DNA of 64,000 nucleotides, from NCBI GenBank assembly GCA_021780375.1, contig JAJXYT010000001.1, forward strand, positions 304 to 64,303, in the 5' to 3' direction. Of the stretch, positions 27,330 to 35,181 are shown one piece after another; positions within the stretch are counted from its first letter, which is position 1, and the number at the start of each line of letters is the position of its first letter. The translations under genes were made by a program, and so were the position numbers. The notes beneath the pieces are model-generated. The model did no database searches, had not been told where the DNA came from, and was given only the letters and a program-made list of their open reading frames with translations. Origin of the DNA: a bacterium (GTDB taxonomy: Bacteria > Verrucomicrobiota > Verrucomicrobiia > Limisphaerales > UBA11358).

Positions 27330-28394
27330 TCAGCGCGGCACAAGATGGATGGCCGGCGTTTTAATGAGGGCGGTGATGGTTTCGCCCTCATGCAATTCGA
27401 GTTCAGCACAAGCGGGACGTGTCACCAGCGCGAACAGGGGAAATCCAGCATCCAGTTCGACGCGCACGAGCGCGCCCTCCGGGCGAAAGGCAATAATTCT
27501 GGCCGGGAGGCGATTACGCACACTGCTGACGGCGGTGTCGCGCTGGAGCACCACGTCTTCGCCGCGAATGCAGACAAAAACGGTGCGCGCCGGCGGTGCG
27601 GGGGCCAGGGCCGTGAGCGTAACGCGATTGATGCTCACCGTGGCAAGCCCCTCGTTCACGCTCGTGATCCGGCCAGGTTGCAGAGTTTCGACCCCGACAA
27701 ATTTGGCGACTCCCGCATTGGCGGGGCGGGCAAAAACGTCGGCCACCGGCCCGGTTTGTATGACCTTGCCGTTGACCAAAACGACAATCTCGTCCGCCAA
27801 CGCAAGCGCCTCGAAACGGTCGTGTGTTACACACAACATCGGAATCTGGAATTCGTCGCGGACCCGGGCGAGGTAGGGAATGATTTTTTCCTTCAACGCC
27901 GCATCGAGACTGGCGAGCGGCTCGTCCAGCAACAACAGGCGCGGCGACGTGAGCAGGGCGCGGGCAAGAGCGACGCGTTGTTTTTCGCCGCCGGAAAGCT
28001 CCGTCACGCCGCGCGCCATCAACGGCTGGATTTCCAGCACTTCCGTCACGTGCTCGAACGTGAATAACCTGCCGGCGGCACGGGCATTTTGGCCGTAAAG
28101 CAGGTTCCGTCTTACCGACAGATGCGGGAACAATGCCAGGTCCTGCGGCACGTAGCCGATGCCCCGCCGGCGCGTCGGCACGAAAACATTTTTTGCCGAA
28201 TCAGCCAGCACGGTTCCGTCGAGTTGGACGAAAACCGAGCGTGCGGCGCGCAATCCGGCGATGAGATCAAGCAACGACGTTTTGCCGGCGCCGGACGGGC
28301 CAAAAATGGCGGTGACGCGGCCGCGCATTTCGACATCCACTTCGAGCGTGAAATCGGCGAGCGGCAATGAAATGTTTTTCAGCCGCAGGCTCAT
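27330..28394 (-). CDS. modC: Molybdate ABC transporter ATP-binding protein
   Basis: Walker A GPSGAGKTS, signature LSGGEKQRVA, Walker B LLLLDEP, and a C-terminal Mop/TOBE-like domain. Its ATG overlaps the modB stop (ATGA). Confidence 0.87.
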   Translation of the reverse strand: MSLRLKNISLPLADFTLEVDVEMRGRVTAIFGPSGAGKTSLLDLIAGLRAARSVFVQLDGTVLADSAKNVFVPTRRRGIGYVPQDLALFPHLSVRRNLLYGQNARAAGRLFTFEHVTEVLEIQPLMARGVTELSGGEKQRVALARALLTSPRLLLLDEPLASLDAALKEKIIPYLARVRDEFQIPMLCVTHDRFEALALADEIVVLVNGKVIQTGPVADVFARPANAGVAKFVGVETLQPGRITSVNEGLATVSINRVTLTALAPAPPARTVFVCIRGEDVVLQRDTAVSSVRNRLPARIIAFRPEGALVRVELDAGFPLFALVTRPACAELELHEGETITALIKTPAIHLVPR

Positions 28395-29065
28395 GTCCTC
28401 GTTATTTTTCGGCGCAGGAAAAATTCGCTGCACCAGACGGCGGCGAAGGCGAGCACAACCGACACGCCCAGCAGGCGGAAGGCGTGCGCGTCCCGGCCGA
28501 GTTGCACGTTTTCGTAAATGGCCAGCGAGAGGGTCGCGGTTTTACCCGGCAGATACCCGGCGACCATGATGGTCGCGCCGAATTCGCCGAGCGCGCGGGC
28601 GAACGCAAGCAGCATGCCGCCAACGATGCCGCGCGCGGCCAAGGGAACCGTGATGGTGAAAAAAACGCGCCAGCCGCCCGCGCCGAGCGTGCGGGCGATC
28701 TGTTCCAGGCGCGGATTGACTTCTTCAAAGGCCACGCGCGCGGAACGGATCAGCAACGGCGCCGACATCACGCTTAACGCCAGCAACACCGCGCGCCAGG
28801 TGAAGATGATGTCAAGATTGCAGCGGTTGTGCAGAAAGCCGCCGACGGCACCGCGCCGTCCAAAAACTTCCAGCAGGATCAACCCGACCGCCACCGGCGG
28901 CATGACGAGGGGCAGCGTGACGAGGGTTTCCACGAGAGATTTGCCCGGCCAATCGCCCCGCGCCAGCACCCACGCGAGCGCCAAACCGAACGGCAGAATA
29001 ACCACGGTGCTCAAGGCAGCCACCCACACGGTAAATCCGACAATCTGCCATTCGATGGCCGTCAT
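28391..29065 (-). CDS. modB: Molybdate ABC transporter permease
   Basis: 224 aa, with about five TM segments and an EAA-like loop (ARTLGAGGWRVFFTITVPLA). Confidence 0.87.
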   Translation of the reverse strand: MTAIEWQIVGFTVWVAALSTVVILPFGLALAWVLARGDWPGKSLVETLVTLPLVMPPVAVGLILLEVFGRRGAVGGFLHNRCNLDIIFTWRAVLLALSVMSAPLLIRSARVAFEEVNPRLEQIARTLGAGGWRVFFTITVPLAARGIVGGMLLAFARALGEFGATIMVAGYLPGKTATLSLAIYENVQLGRDAHAFRLLGVSVVLAFAAVWCSEFFLRRKITRT

Positions 29066-29817
29066 TGGCGCAACAGGAAGCCATACCGTACAAAGATCTG
29101 TCCAGCTTCTTCGGAGGCAAGATAGTCCAGGAACTTTTTCGCGGCTTCGGATTGCGCCGACCCTTTCACCAGCGCCATCGTGTAACGGATGTCCGGGCCG
29201 TCGGCGCGCGGGACTTCGTAGGCAATTTTAACGTTCCGGGAAATGGCGGCGTCGGTTTTATAGACGACGCCCGCGTCCACGTTGCCGGAGGCGACAGCGG
29301 CGAGCGCGGCGCGGACATTTTCCGTCGGAATAACTTTCGGCTGGATGACCCGCCAAAGCTGCAACTTTACCAGCCAGGCCCTGGCATACACCCCCGCCGG
29401 CACGGCCTGCGGGTCGGCGAGCGCGATTCGTTTCACATCGATTCCAGCGAGGTCACCGGCGGATTTGATCGGCAGCACACTGTCATGGGGGACGACAACA
29501 ACGAGCGAGTTGCCGAGGCGGTCCTGGCGCGTGGCGGGATCGATCAAATCCTGCTTTGCCAGCGCGTTCATTTGCGCTTCATCGGCGGAAAAGAAGAGAT
29601 CGGCCGGCGCGCCGGCCTCGATTTGCCGCGCCAGCGTGCTGGAGGCGCCAAAGTTGAAAATGATTTTGTCACCGGAAGTTTTTTCGTAAGTGGCGGCGAT
29701 TGACTTCAGGCTGTCGGTCAAACTGGCGGCGGCAAAGACGGTGATTTCCACTGAATAAGCCGAAGGCGAGGGCAACCAACAGGCGCCCGCCGTGATGCCC
29801 ACGGAGAACAGACGCAT
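29062..29817 (-). CDS. modA: Molybdate-binding periplasmic protein
   Basis: Signal peptide from ATG 29817 and a ModA-like sequence (VFAAASLTD..., FNFGASS..., ADLFFSAD). It overlaps modB by 4 nt. Confidence 0.85.
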   Translation of the reverse strand: MRLFSVGITAGACWLPSPSAYSVEITVFAAASLTDSLKSIAATYEKTSGDKIIFNFGASSTLARQIEAGAPADLFFSADEAQMNALAKQDLIDPATRQDRLGNSLVVVVPHDSVLPIKSAGDLAGIDVKRIALADPQAVPAGVYARAWLVKLQLWRVIQPKVIPTENVRAALAAVASGNVDAGVVYKTDAAISRNVKIAYEVPRADGPDIRYTMALVKGSAQSEAAKKFLDYLASEEAGQIFVRYGFLLRQ

Positions 29818-30012
29818 CAGTCTTGTTTGTCGCCAAAAGGACAACCTGTGGTTTGCCATAAATTCTCCGTCAAAATGGAACCCGCGCCGACAAAATCAAG
29901 TTGTGGTGACAAAGCGGCTGGCCGGAAACCGCAATTGGGCAACCCGCTCCCGCGGTCAGTCCCGGTCGGCCCGCAATCGGGATTTCGATCGCACCGGACG
30001 AACATACCGGGC

Positions 30013-30036
30013 CGTTATATTTTGTCAAATATAACG
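30013..30036. promoter_or_regulatory. Mo-box-like operator CGTTATAT-N8-ATATAACG
   Basis: Perfect 8-bp inverted repeat read directly. It lies between the modE-like gene and modA, ~195 nt upstream of the modA ATG, and resembles the ModE site pattern CGnTATAT...ATATAnCG. Confidence 0.65.
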
Positions 30037-30079
30037 CCTCAAAATCCGTCGTCCCCTGGAGATGTGACCAGTTTCCTGA

Positions 30080-30451
30080 TTAATCACGCAACAGCTTTTG
30101 CAGTATCCGCCAATCCGCCCGGATGGTTTTGAGGCTATGTCTTTCCATCCGCCGATATAACGCCAGCACGCGGCGCCCTGCCGGTGTCAATGCCGCACCG
30201 CCGTGCTGTTGGCCGCCGCGGGCCGAGGCAACGACCGGCGGCTTAAAGCATTGATTCATTTCCTGGATGAGCGACCAGGCGCGCATATAGGACATGCCCA
30301 TGCGTGCAGCCGCGGCGCCGATGGAGCCGGTCTTCGCGATCCCCTCCAGCAAATCCGCCTTGCCCGGCCCAAAAGCGATTTTTGTCCCGCGGGTGATGCG
30401 GAAGCGCGGGCGCAGAATCGGCCGGCCCGCCGAAATCTCTTTCGTTGTCAT
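30080..30451 (-). CDS. ModE-like winged-helix regulator, N-terminal DNA-binding domain only
   Basis: GSIGAAAARMGMSYMRAWSLIQEMN...GG..GGGA.LT is ModE-N/LysR-HTH-like. At 123 aa it has no C-terminal Mop domains. Confidence 0.7.
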   Translation of the reverse strand: MTTKEISAGRPILRPRFRITRGTKIAFGPGKADLLEGIAKTGSIGAAAARMGMSYMRAWSLIQEMNQCFKPPVVASARGGQQHGGAALTPAGRRVLALYRRMERHSLKTIRADWRILQKLLRD

Positions 30452-30520
30452 GAAGGGCGTCAGCGTAGGCGGGCGAATTCACCTTTGCAAAGTAGAAACG
30501 GGGTATCTGAAAGGCATCAA

Positions 30521-30738
30521 GTGGAGGACAACGCGATTCAATCCCGGCTTTCGTCGTTTGGCGCGCGGCTGCGCCAACTGCGGCGGCGGCGGGGCTGGAC
30601 CCGGCAGGAACTGGCCGCCCGGAGCGGGCTTTCCAAGCCGCTTTTTCGCGGCTCGAATCGGGCGGCCGTCCGGCTTCCATCGCGGCAGTGCTGACCCTCT
30701 CCCGGATTTTCGACGTTTCGCTGGCAAGGCGAAACATT
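30521..30738 (+). pseudogene. XRE-family HTH regulator remnant with a 1-nt frameshift
   Basis: FGARLRQLRRRRGWTRQELAARSGLSK is in frame 2 and continues as AFSRLESGGRPASIAAVLTLSRIFDVSLA in frame 1. The switch is near 30637-30647 at a T5 run. No effector domain or stop follows. Confidence 0.6.
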
Positions 30739-30960
30739 ATGAACAAGCTGCGTTCCAATGGTCTGAATTTCACCGGACTCCTGGCGGAAAATATCGCGCT
30801 CATCTCACCCACTATGACGGCGGCGCTGATCATTCCGCTGATGCTTTCCACGATTGGCAACCTCAGTTGGGTGGGTTACGCGCCGGGCACAATCTTACCG
30901 ATGTTCGTCGTGTTCAATTTGAATCGTTTGCCCCCCAATCAGTTCGGTTGCAACCGGTAA
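30739..30960 (+). pseudogene. N-terminal ~70-aa fragment of an APC-family amino-acid permease
   Basis: MNKLRSNGLNFTGLLAENIALISPTMTAALIIPLMLSTIGNLSWVGYAPGTILPMFVVFNLN resembles the first two TM segments of APC permeases. The ORF ends where the convergent GH53 gene ends. Confidence 0.5.
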
Positions 30961-32270
30961 AAACGGGTCTGGCTCGAGTCCACCGGGAGGGTGACGGTAA
31001 ACACTACCCCCGTGGTTTGGGCCGTGTTGGGCACCAACGACCAGATCGCTGAGGGCTCCAGAGTGGTTGTGGTCGTCAACATCAAAGCCGCTCCACTGAA
31101 TGGCCACTGAAGCTGTAGATTTGAACCGTTGAGTGAGGGGCTTATCAAAAGCGGGGCGGCCATTCCCCCAACGGCGCGGGCCACCGGCAGAACATTGCCA
31201 CCGGCATCAAAAAACGACGACGAATTGAACCCGGCTTCATTGACACCGCTGGCCGCTTGATACTCGGCGCCCCAATAGACGAAGCCGGCCCCGAGGTGGT
31301 TGGGCACACTTTCCACAATCCTGGCCAGCGCGGCGATAAAGCTGACCTGACCAGCCGGGGTGGGAGGGTAGCCGTAAAGTTTGCCAAGCCAGGCGGAAGG
31401 GCAGGTATTGGTGTAGGGAAAGGCGTCCTCAGCTACGATGATGGGTTTGCCAAATTCAACGGCTGCATTGCTGAGACAATTATTCAGATTCGCCGGTGAT
31501 CCCTGGTAAAAAGGGTAATAACTCTCGCCGATGATATCGTAAGGAACTCCTTGAGCATTCAGGTTTTCAAAAAATGACCTGGTCGTGCCCCAGTCACCGC
31601 CTCTGTCAATATGTACGATGATCTTAGGCATTTTAGCCCCCGTAGCATTCGTCGCATCCTTGATTCCCTGGATTGCCGCATTCATCAATTGGCCCAGCCG
31701 GATCCACGATGGGTTGGAGCTGCTCCATGAGCCCGTTAGCTGTCCGTTGGTCCACAACATGCCGTAGGTGATTTCATTCCCGATCTGGACGTAATCCGGC
31801 ATTGCCCCGGCTGCCGCAAAAGCGACGATGGTGTTGCTGTTGTAAGCGCGCATCTGTGACACCAGTTGGGCGAAAGTCAGGGTTGCCCAGGCAGCCGGAG
31901 TGGTTTGATGCCCGGGGTCAGCCCAGGTGTCGGAGTAATGAAAATCCAGCATGAACTGTAACCCGGCGTTTTTGACGCGTTGAGCGAGCGGCAGCGTATA
32001 GGCAAGATTGTTGGTGTAGTTATATGGGTCGGCCTGGGCTTGAGCCGCGCTGCTGGTCCAGAGCCGCAATCTAATGCAATTAATGCCGTGATTCTTGAGA
32101 ATCTGAATCCCGTCCTGAACCTGCCCGGCGTCCTTGTAGGTAATACCCCGATCTTCGAAAAATTTTAGATCAGAAAAGTCCGCCCCGGCGATAAAGCTGT
32201 TTTGCGCGAATGATATACCCGGCGCAAACAGTGCCGCTATCATCATTAAAGAGACACAGGCAGATTTCAT
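30939..32270 (-). CDS. GH53 arabinogalactan endo-beta-1,4-galactanase with FYR-tail domain
   Basis: Signal peptide from ATG 32270. GH53 blocks are present (GADFSDL, NCIRLRLW, MLDFHYSDTWADPGHQ, VQIGNEI). The protein ends RFYRLQPN. Confidence 0.87.
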   Translation of the reverse strand: MKSACVSLMMIAALFAPGISFAQNSFIAGADFSDLKFFEDRGITYKDAGQVQDGIQILKNHGINCIRLRLWTSSAAQAQADPYNYTNNLAYTLPLAQRVKNAGLQFMLDFHYSDTWADPGHQTTPAAWATLTFAQLVSQMRAYNSNTIVAFAAAGAMPDYVQIGNEITYGMLWTNGQLTGSWSSSNPSWIRLGQLMNAAIQGIKDATNATGAKMPKIIVHIDRGGDWGTTRSFFENLNAQGVPYDIIGESYYPFYQGSPANLNNCLSNAAVEFGKPIIVAEDAFPYTNTCPSAWLGKLYGYPPTPAGQVSFIAALARIVESVPNHLGAGFVYWGAEYQAASGVNEAGFNSSSFFDAGGNVLPVARAVGGMAAPLLISPSLNGSNLQLQWPFSGAALMLTTTTTLEPSAIWSLVPNTAQTTGVVFTVTLPVDSSQTRFYRLQPN

Positions 32271-32382
32271 TTTAATAATGCTTACCTCGATCCAGCTGTT
32301 CACCCTGAAACTGAAGCTGGAGTCATTCCATTTTTGCGCGAACAACTCCAGCTTCGTGTCCGGATTTTATAATCCCGAACGG

Positions 32383-35094
32383 TCAGGGTGTCTTCAAGCG
32401 GAAGAATGTCCGGGATCCGGTGGCCGGCACCGGCAACGAATAAAGTCCATACGTGCCGGGCACATCCTGCCAATTCAAGCTGCTGCTTAAATTGGTGGAA
32501 CTCTGCAACTTCACCGCGGGGTTTCCAACCCAGGACAGATTGAGGTTGCCGCCTGTCAGCGGGCCGGCATTGATGCCGCCAACAACTCCCAGGTCCGCAA
32601 TCTGGAAGTTATCGAAGTTGAAAGTTCCCCCGCTCCCGACCGTGACGAACACCAGGCCGGCGCCCGTCATCACACCGCTCAAGTTGCCGGCCGCTGCCGA
32701 CCCAATCAACCCGCCCGAACTGGTCACGGTCAAGTTGTTCCAATTTGCCGCGGCGGGATTAAAGTTCATGGTGTAAGTGGAGAACACCGAGTTCGAGGCG
32801 GCATTCGGCCCCAACAAGGGGTTCGCGGAAATGTACCAATTGGCGCCATTAAGCTGCACCGCCACGTAGGCCGCGACGTTGGTGGCGGAAGCCGAGTTGG
32901 GCGCAATATCCGCCGAGATGCTCAAGTTGGGATAGGCGGCCAGGGCGATGTTCGGGAACGGCAGTCCAGACTGATTGGTATCGGAGGCCGTCGTGGCGTA
33001 ATACACCGTCGTGCCCGGAGTGCCAAGGTAGGCAAAGGCGGCTCCCTGGCTTGCGGCGCTTGTCTGGGCCGTTCCCACCTGGTAGAGGGCGTTGGGAGTG
33101 CCGGGAACCGCTTCCACCCAGCCAATACTGCTGATCGGATAGTTGCCGGCAACCGGGCCTACAAACGGAAACCCTTCCGAATAAACCAGGCCGACGGAAG
33201 GATTGGTTACCGTCAGGGTGGTGGCGCCAAAAATTGCGGCACTGTTATCACCGCCGGCCGCGTTGGTGACATATGCGACGATCTGCAGGCCATTATCGTT
33301 GGCAGTCAGATCCGAGATCGTCAAGGTCGCGGTGTTGGCGCCGGAGATTCGGCCTCCGTTGGAAACAAAGACGCCGTTGGTCGTCCAACTGTAGGTGAAG
33401 GGCGGAGACCCGGCGGCAGAAACCCCAAAGCTCGCGCCACCCCCGGCAGCCACCGTTACCGCCAGCGGGTAATTCAAGCCGATCGACGGCGGTGTTCCGA
33501 CGGCTTGATTGGTAATGATTTCAAAATTCTGGAAATTCATGTCCGAACCGGTCCCGGTATTGTGAGCAATCACCAGGCCGGCGCCAATGATGTTGCCGCT
33601 CAGGGCGCTTGAGGCCTGGCTGCCGATGATCGCACCCGTGCTCGTAATGGCCAGGTTGTTCCAATTGGTTGCCGCGGGGTCAAATCCATATTGATAGGTC
33701 TGATAATTGTTCAATGACGAGAGATCAATCAGGGCAGGTTGTGCCGAGCAATACCACCCGCTGGTCATCTTGACCGCCCAATAAACCGAGATGGCTCCGG
33801 AGACCTGGCCGGCGGCATTTCCCGGGACAAAACCAGCCTGGAAACTTACATACGGGTAACTGGACGGATTTATATCCACAAACGGCAATCCGGACAGTCC
33901 GGTGTCGTTGGTGTCCGTTGTGTAGTAAGCGTTGGTTGTGGCGGAAGGTGAATAGGAAAAGACATCGCCCAGCCCCCCGCCGGCCGGGTAAATGCCCACC
34001 ACCGTGCTGCCCGGCGCGGCACTGACCCAGCCGGGGCCAGTGATTGGCAGGTTGCCATTAGGTCCCACATAAGGGAATGTTTCCGCATACAAGAGCCCCG
34101 GAGGCACGTTACTGACAATCAGCTGCAGGCCGCTGTTGGTGGCGCCGCCAAATTTATTTGTCACGACCAGCGTGTAAAAGGAACCCGCATCGTTGAGGTT
34201 GCAATTGGTGATGGTGAGCGTATTGCCGCTGGTGCCGAGATACCTGCCGCCGCTGATATTAACTCCATTCGTCTGCCACTGGTAAACCAGGAGCGGACCG
34301 GCAAAGGTTGACAGAAACGATGCCCCACCGCCGACGTACACGTATTGCGGGCTTACCGCGGCGGCAGTATTGGTTGGCGCAGTTTGTGGAAAATCGCCCG
34401 GACCTTGATTTATGACGAGTTCGTTATAGTTGAACCCTCCGCTGGTCGGAAGCTCAACAATGCCAATGCCGGTGATCGGCGAGGTCAGGTTGGGGGAGGC
34501 CACGGCACCGATTGTCACATTGGTGGTGCCGTTGATGGTCAAAGTTTGCCAGACGTTGGCCGGATTGGTATAAATCAAGGCATCATTGGTAAACTGGGGG
34601 TAACCAAGATTGCCTTGATTGGGAAACTGATAAGAGGTTGCCACATACCACTGTCCACCCACCAGAACGGCAAAGTAATTGGTGTCCGTTGCCGCCCCGC
34701 GAACCTCGATGTTGAAGGTCAGGTTGGTGTACAGGGTCGGGTTAATATCACTGAAGGAGGAATTGCCGCCGGCTCCGGCGCCCGAGGTGTCGGTTGTGTA
34801 AAGCATCCCGGCCCGGTTGGTGCTCTGAAAGGCTGTAAAATAAACCGTATTGGGCGGCAGCGCCAGGCCGAGGGTCGGGTCGCTCGCGCCCGTGGCCGTG
34901 TAGATGCCGACATAAGGTCCGGCAGTCTGTGATGCCGCAATCGCCGTCCACCCAACCGTATTGATATTGCCGTTCCCGGTGACGCCGCTGTTACCGGTAC
35001 CCCAGTTTTCGGTGTAAACAGTCACCGCAGATGCAAACGGGACCGCGCTCAGCAGAGCGCTCCCGACGACAGCTATGAGTAGTATTTTTTTCAT
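32383..35094 (-). CDS. Large secreted protein: three [~200-aa LamG-like module + Ig-like domain] units plus FYR tail
   Basis: Signal peptide from ATG 35094. The internal threefold repeat is visible in the translation (modules starting VYTENWG, LLYAETFPYVGP, LVYSEGFPFVGP, each followed by an Ig-like YQW/YSW...TLTI block). The protein ends TFFRLKTP. Confidence 0.7.
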   Translation of the reverse strand: MKKILLIAVVGSALLSAVPFASAVTVYTENWGTGNSGVTGNGNINTVGWTAIAASQTAGPYVGIYTATGASDPTLGLALPPNTVYFTAFQSTNRAGMLYTTDTSGAGAGGNSSFSDINPTLYTNLTFNIEVRGAATDTNYFAVLVGGQWYVATSYQFPNQGNLGYPQFTNDALIYTNPANVWQTLTINGTTNVTIGAVASPNLTSPITGIGIVELPTSGGFNYNELVINQGPGDFPQTAPTNTAAAVSPQYVYVGGGASFLSTFAGPLLVYQWQTNGVNISGGRYLGTSGNTLTITNCNLNDAGSFYTLVVTNKFGGATNSGLQLIVSNVPPGLLYAETFPYVGPNGNLPITGPGWVSAAPGSTVVGIYPAGGGLGDVFSYSPSATTNAYYTTDTNDTGLSGLPFVDINPSSYPYVSFQAGFVPGNAAGQVSGAISVYWAVKMTSGWYCSAQPALIDLSSLNNYQTYQYGFDPAATNWNNLAITSTGAIIGSQASSALSGNIIGAGLVIAHNTGTGSDMNFQNFEIITNQAVGTPPSIGLNYPLAVTVAAGGGASFGVSAAGSPPFTYSWTTNGVFVSNGGRISGANTATLTISDLTANDNGLQIVAYVTNAAGGDNSAAIFGATTLTVTNPSVGLVYSEGFPFVGPVAGNYPISSIGWVEAVPGTPNALYQVGTAQTSAASQGAAFAYLGTPGTTVYYATTASDTNQSGLPFPNIALAAYPNLSISADIAPNSASATNVAAYVAVQLNGANWYISANPLLGPNAASNSVFSTYTMNFNPAAANWNNLTVTSSGGLIGSAAAGNLSGVMTGAGLVFVTVGSGGTFNFDNFQIADLGVVGGINAGPLTGGNLNLSWVGNPAVKLQSSTNLSSSLNWQDVPGTYGLYSLPVPATGSRTFFRLKTP

Positions 35095-35181
35095 GATGGT
35101 TGGGTTTATTTTGATTATTTGCTTGGTGCCGATAATGAAAGGAATGTTAAGCAATGGAAAAATCGGGCAATCACCGATGAA

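Noticed and set aside
29818-30012. Molybdenum-cofactor (Moco) riboswitch in the ~195-nt modA leader.
   Set aside because: Reading the minus strand, I could not find the conserved Moco-motif blocks as I recall them (CCGAGCC-type and GGAAAGG-type segments). Only generic GC-rich self-complementarity is present. An Rfam RF01055 scan would settle it.
30294-31052. 252-aa plus-strand ORF spanning the modE-like gene end, the XRE remnant and the permease fragment.
   Set aside because: It is a third frame with an Arg/Gly-rich translation. The recognisable HTH and permease sequences are in the other two frames.
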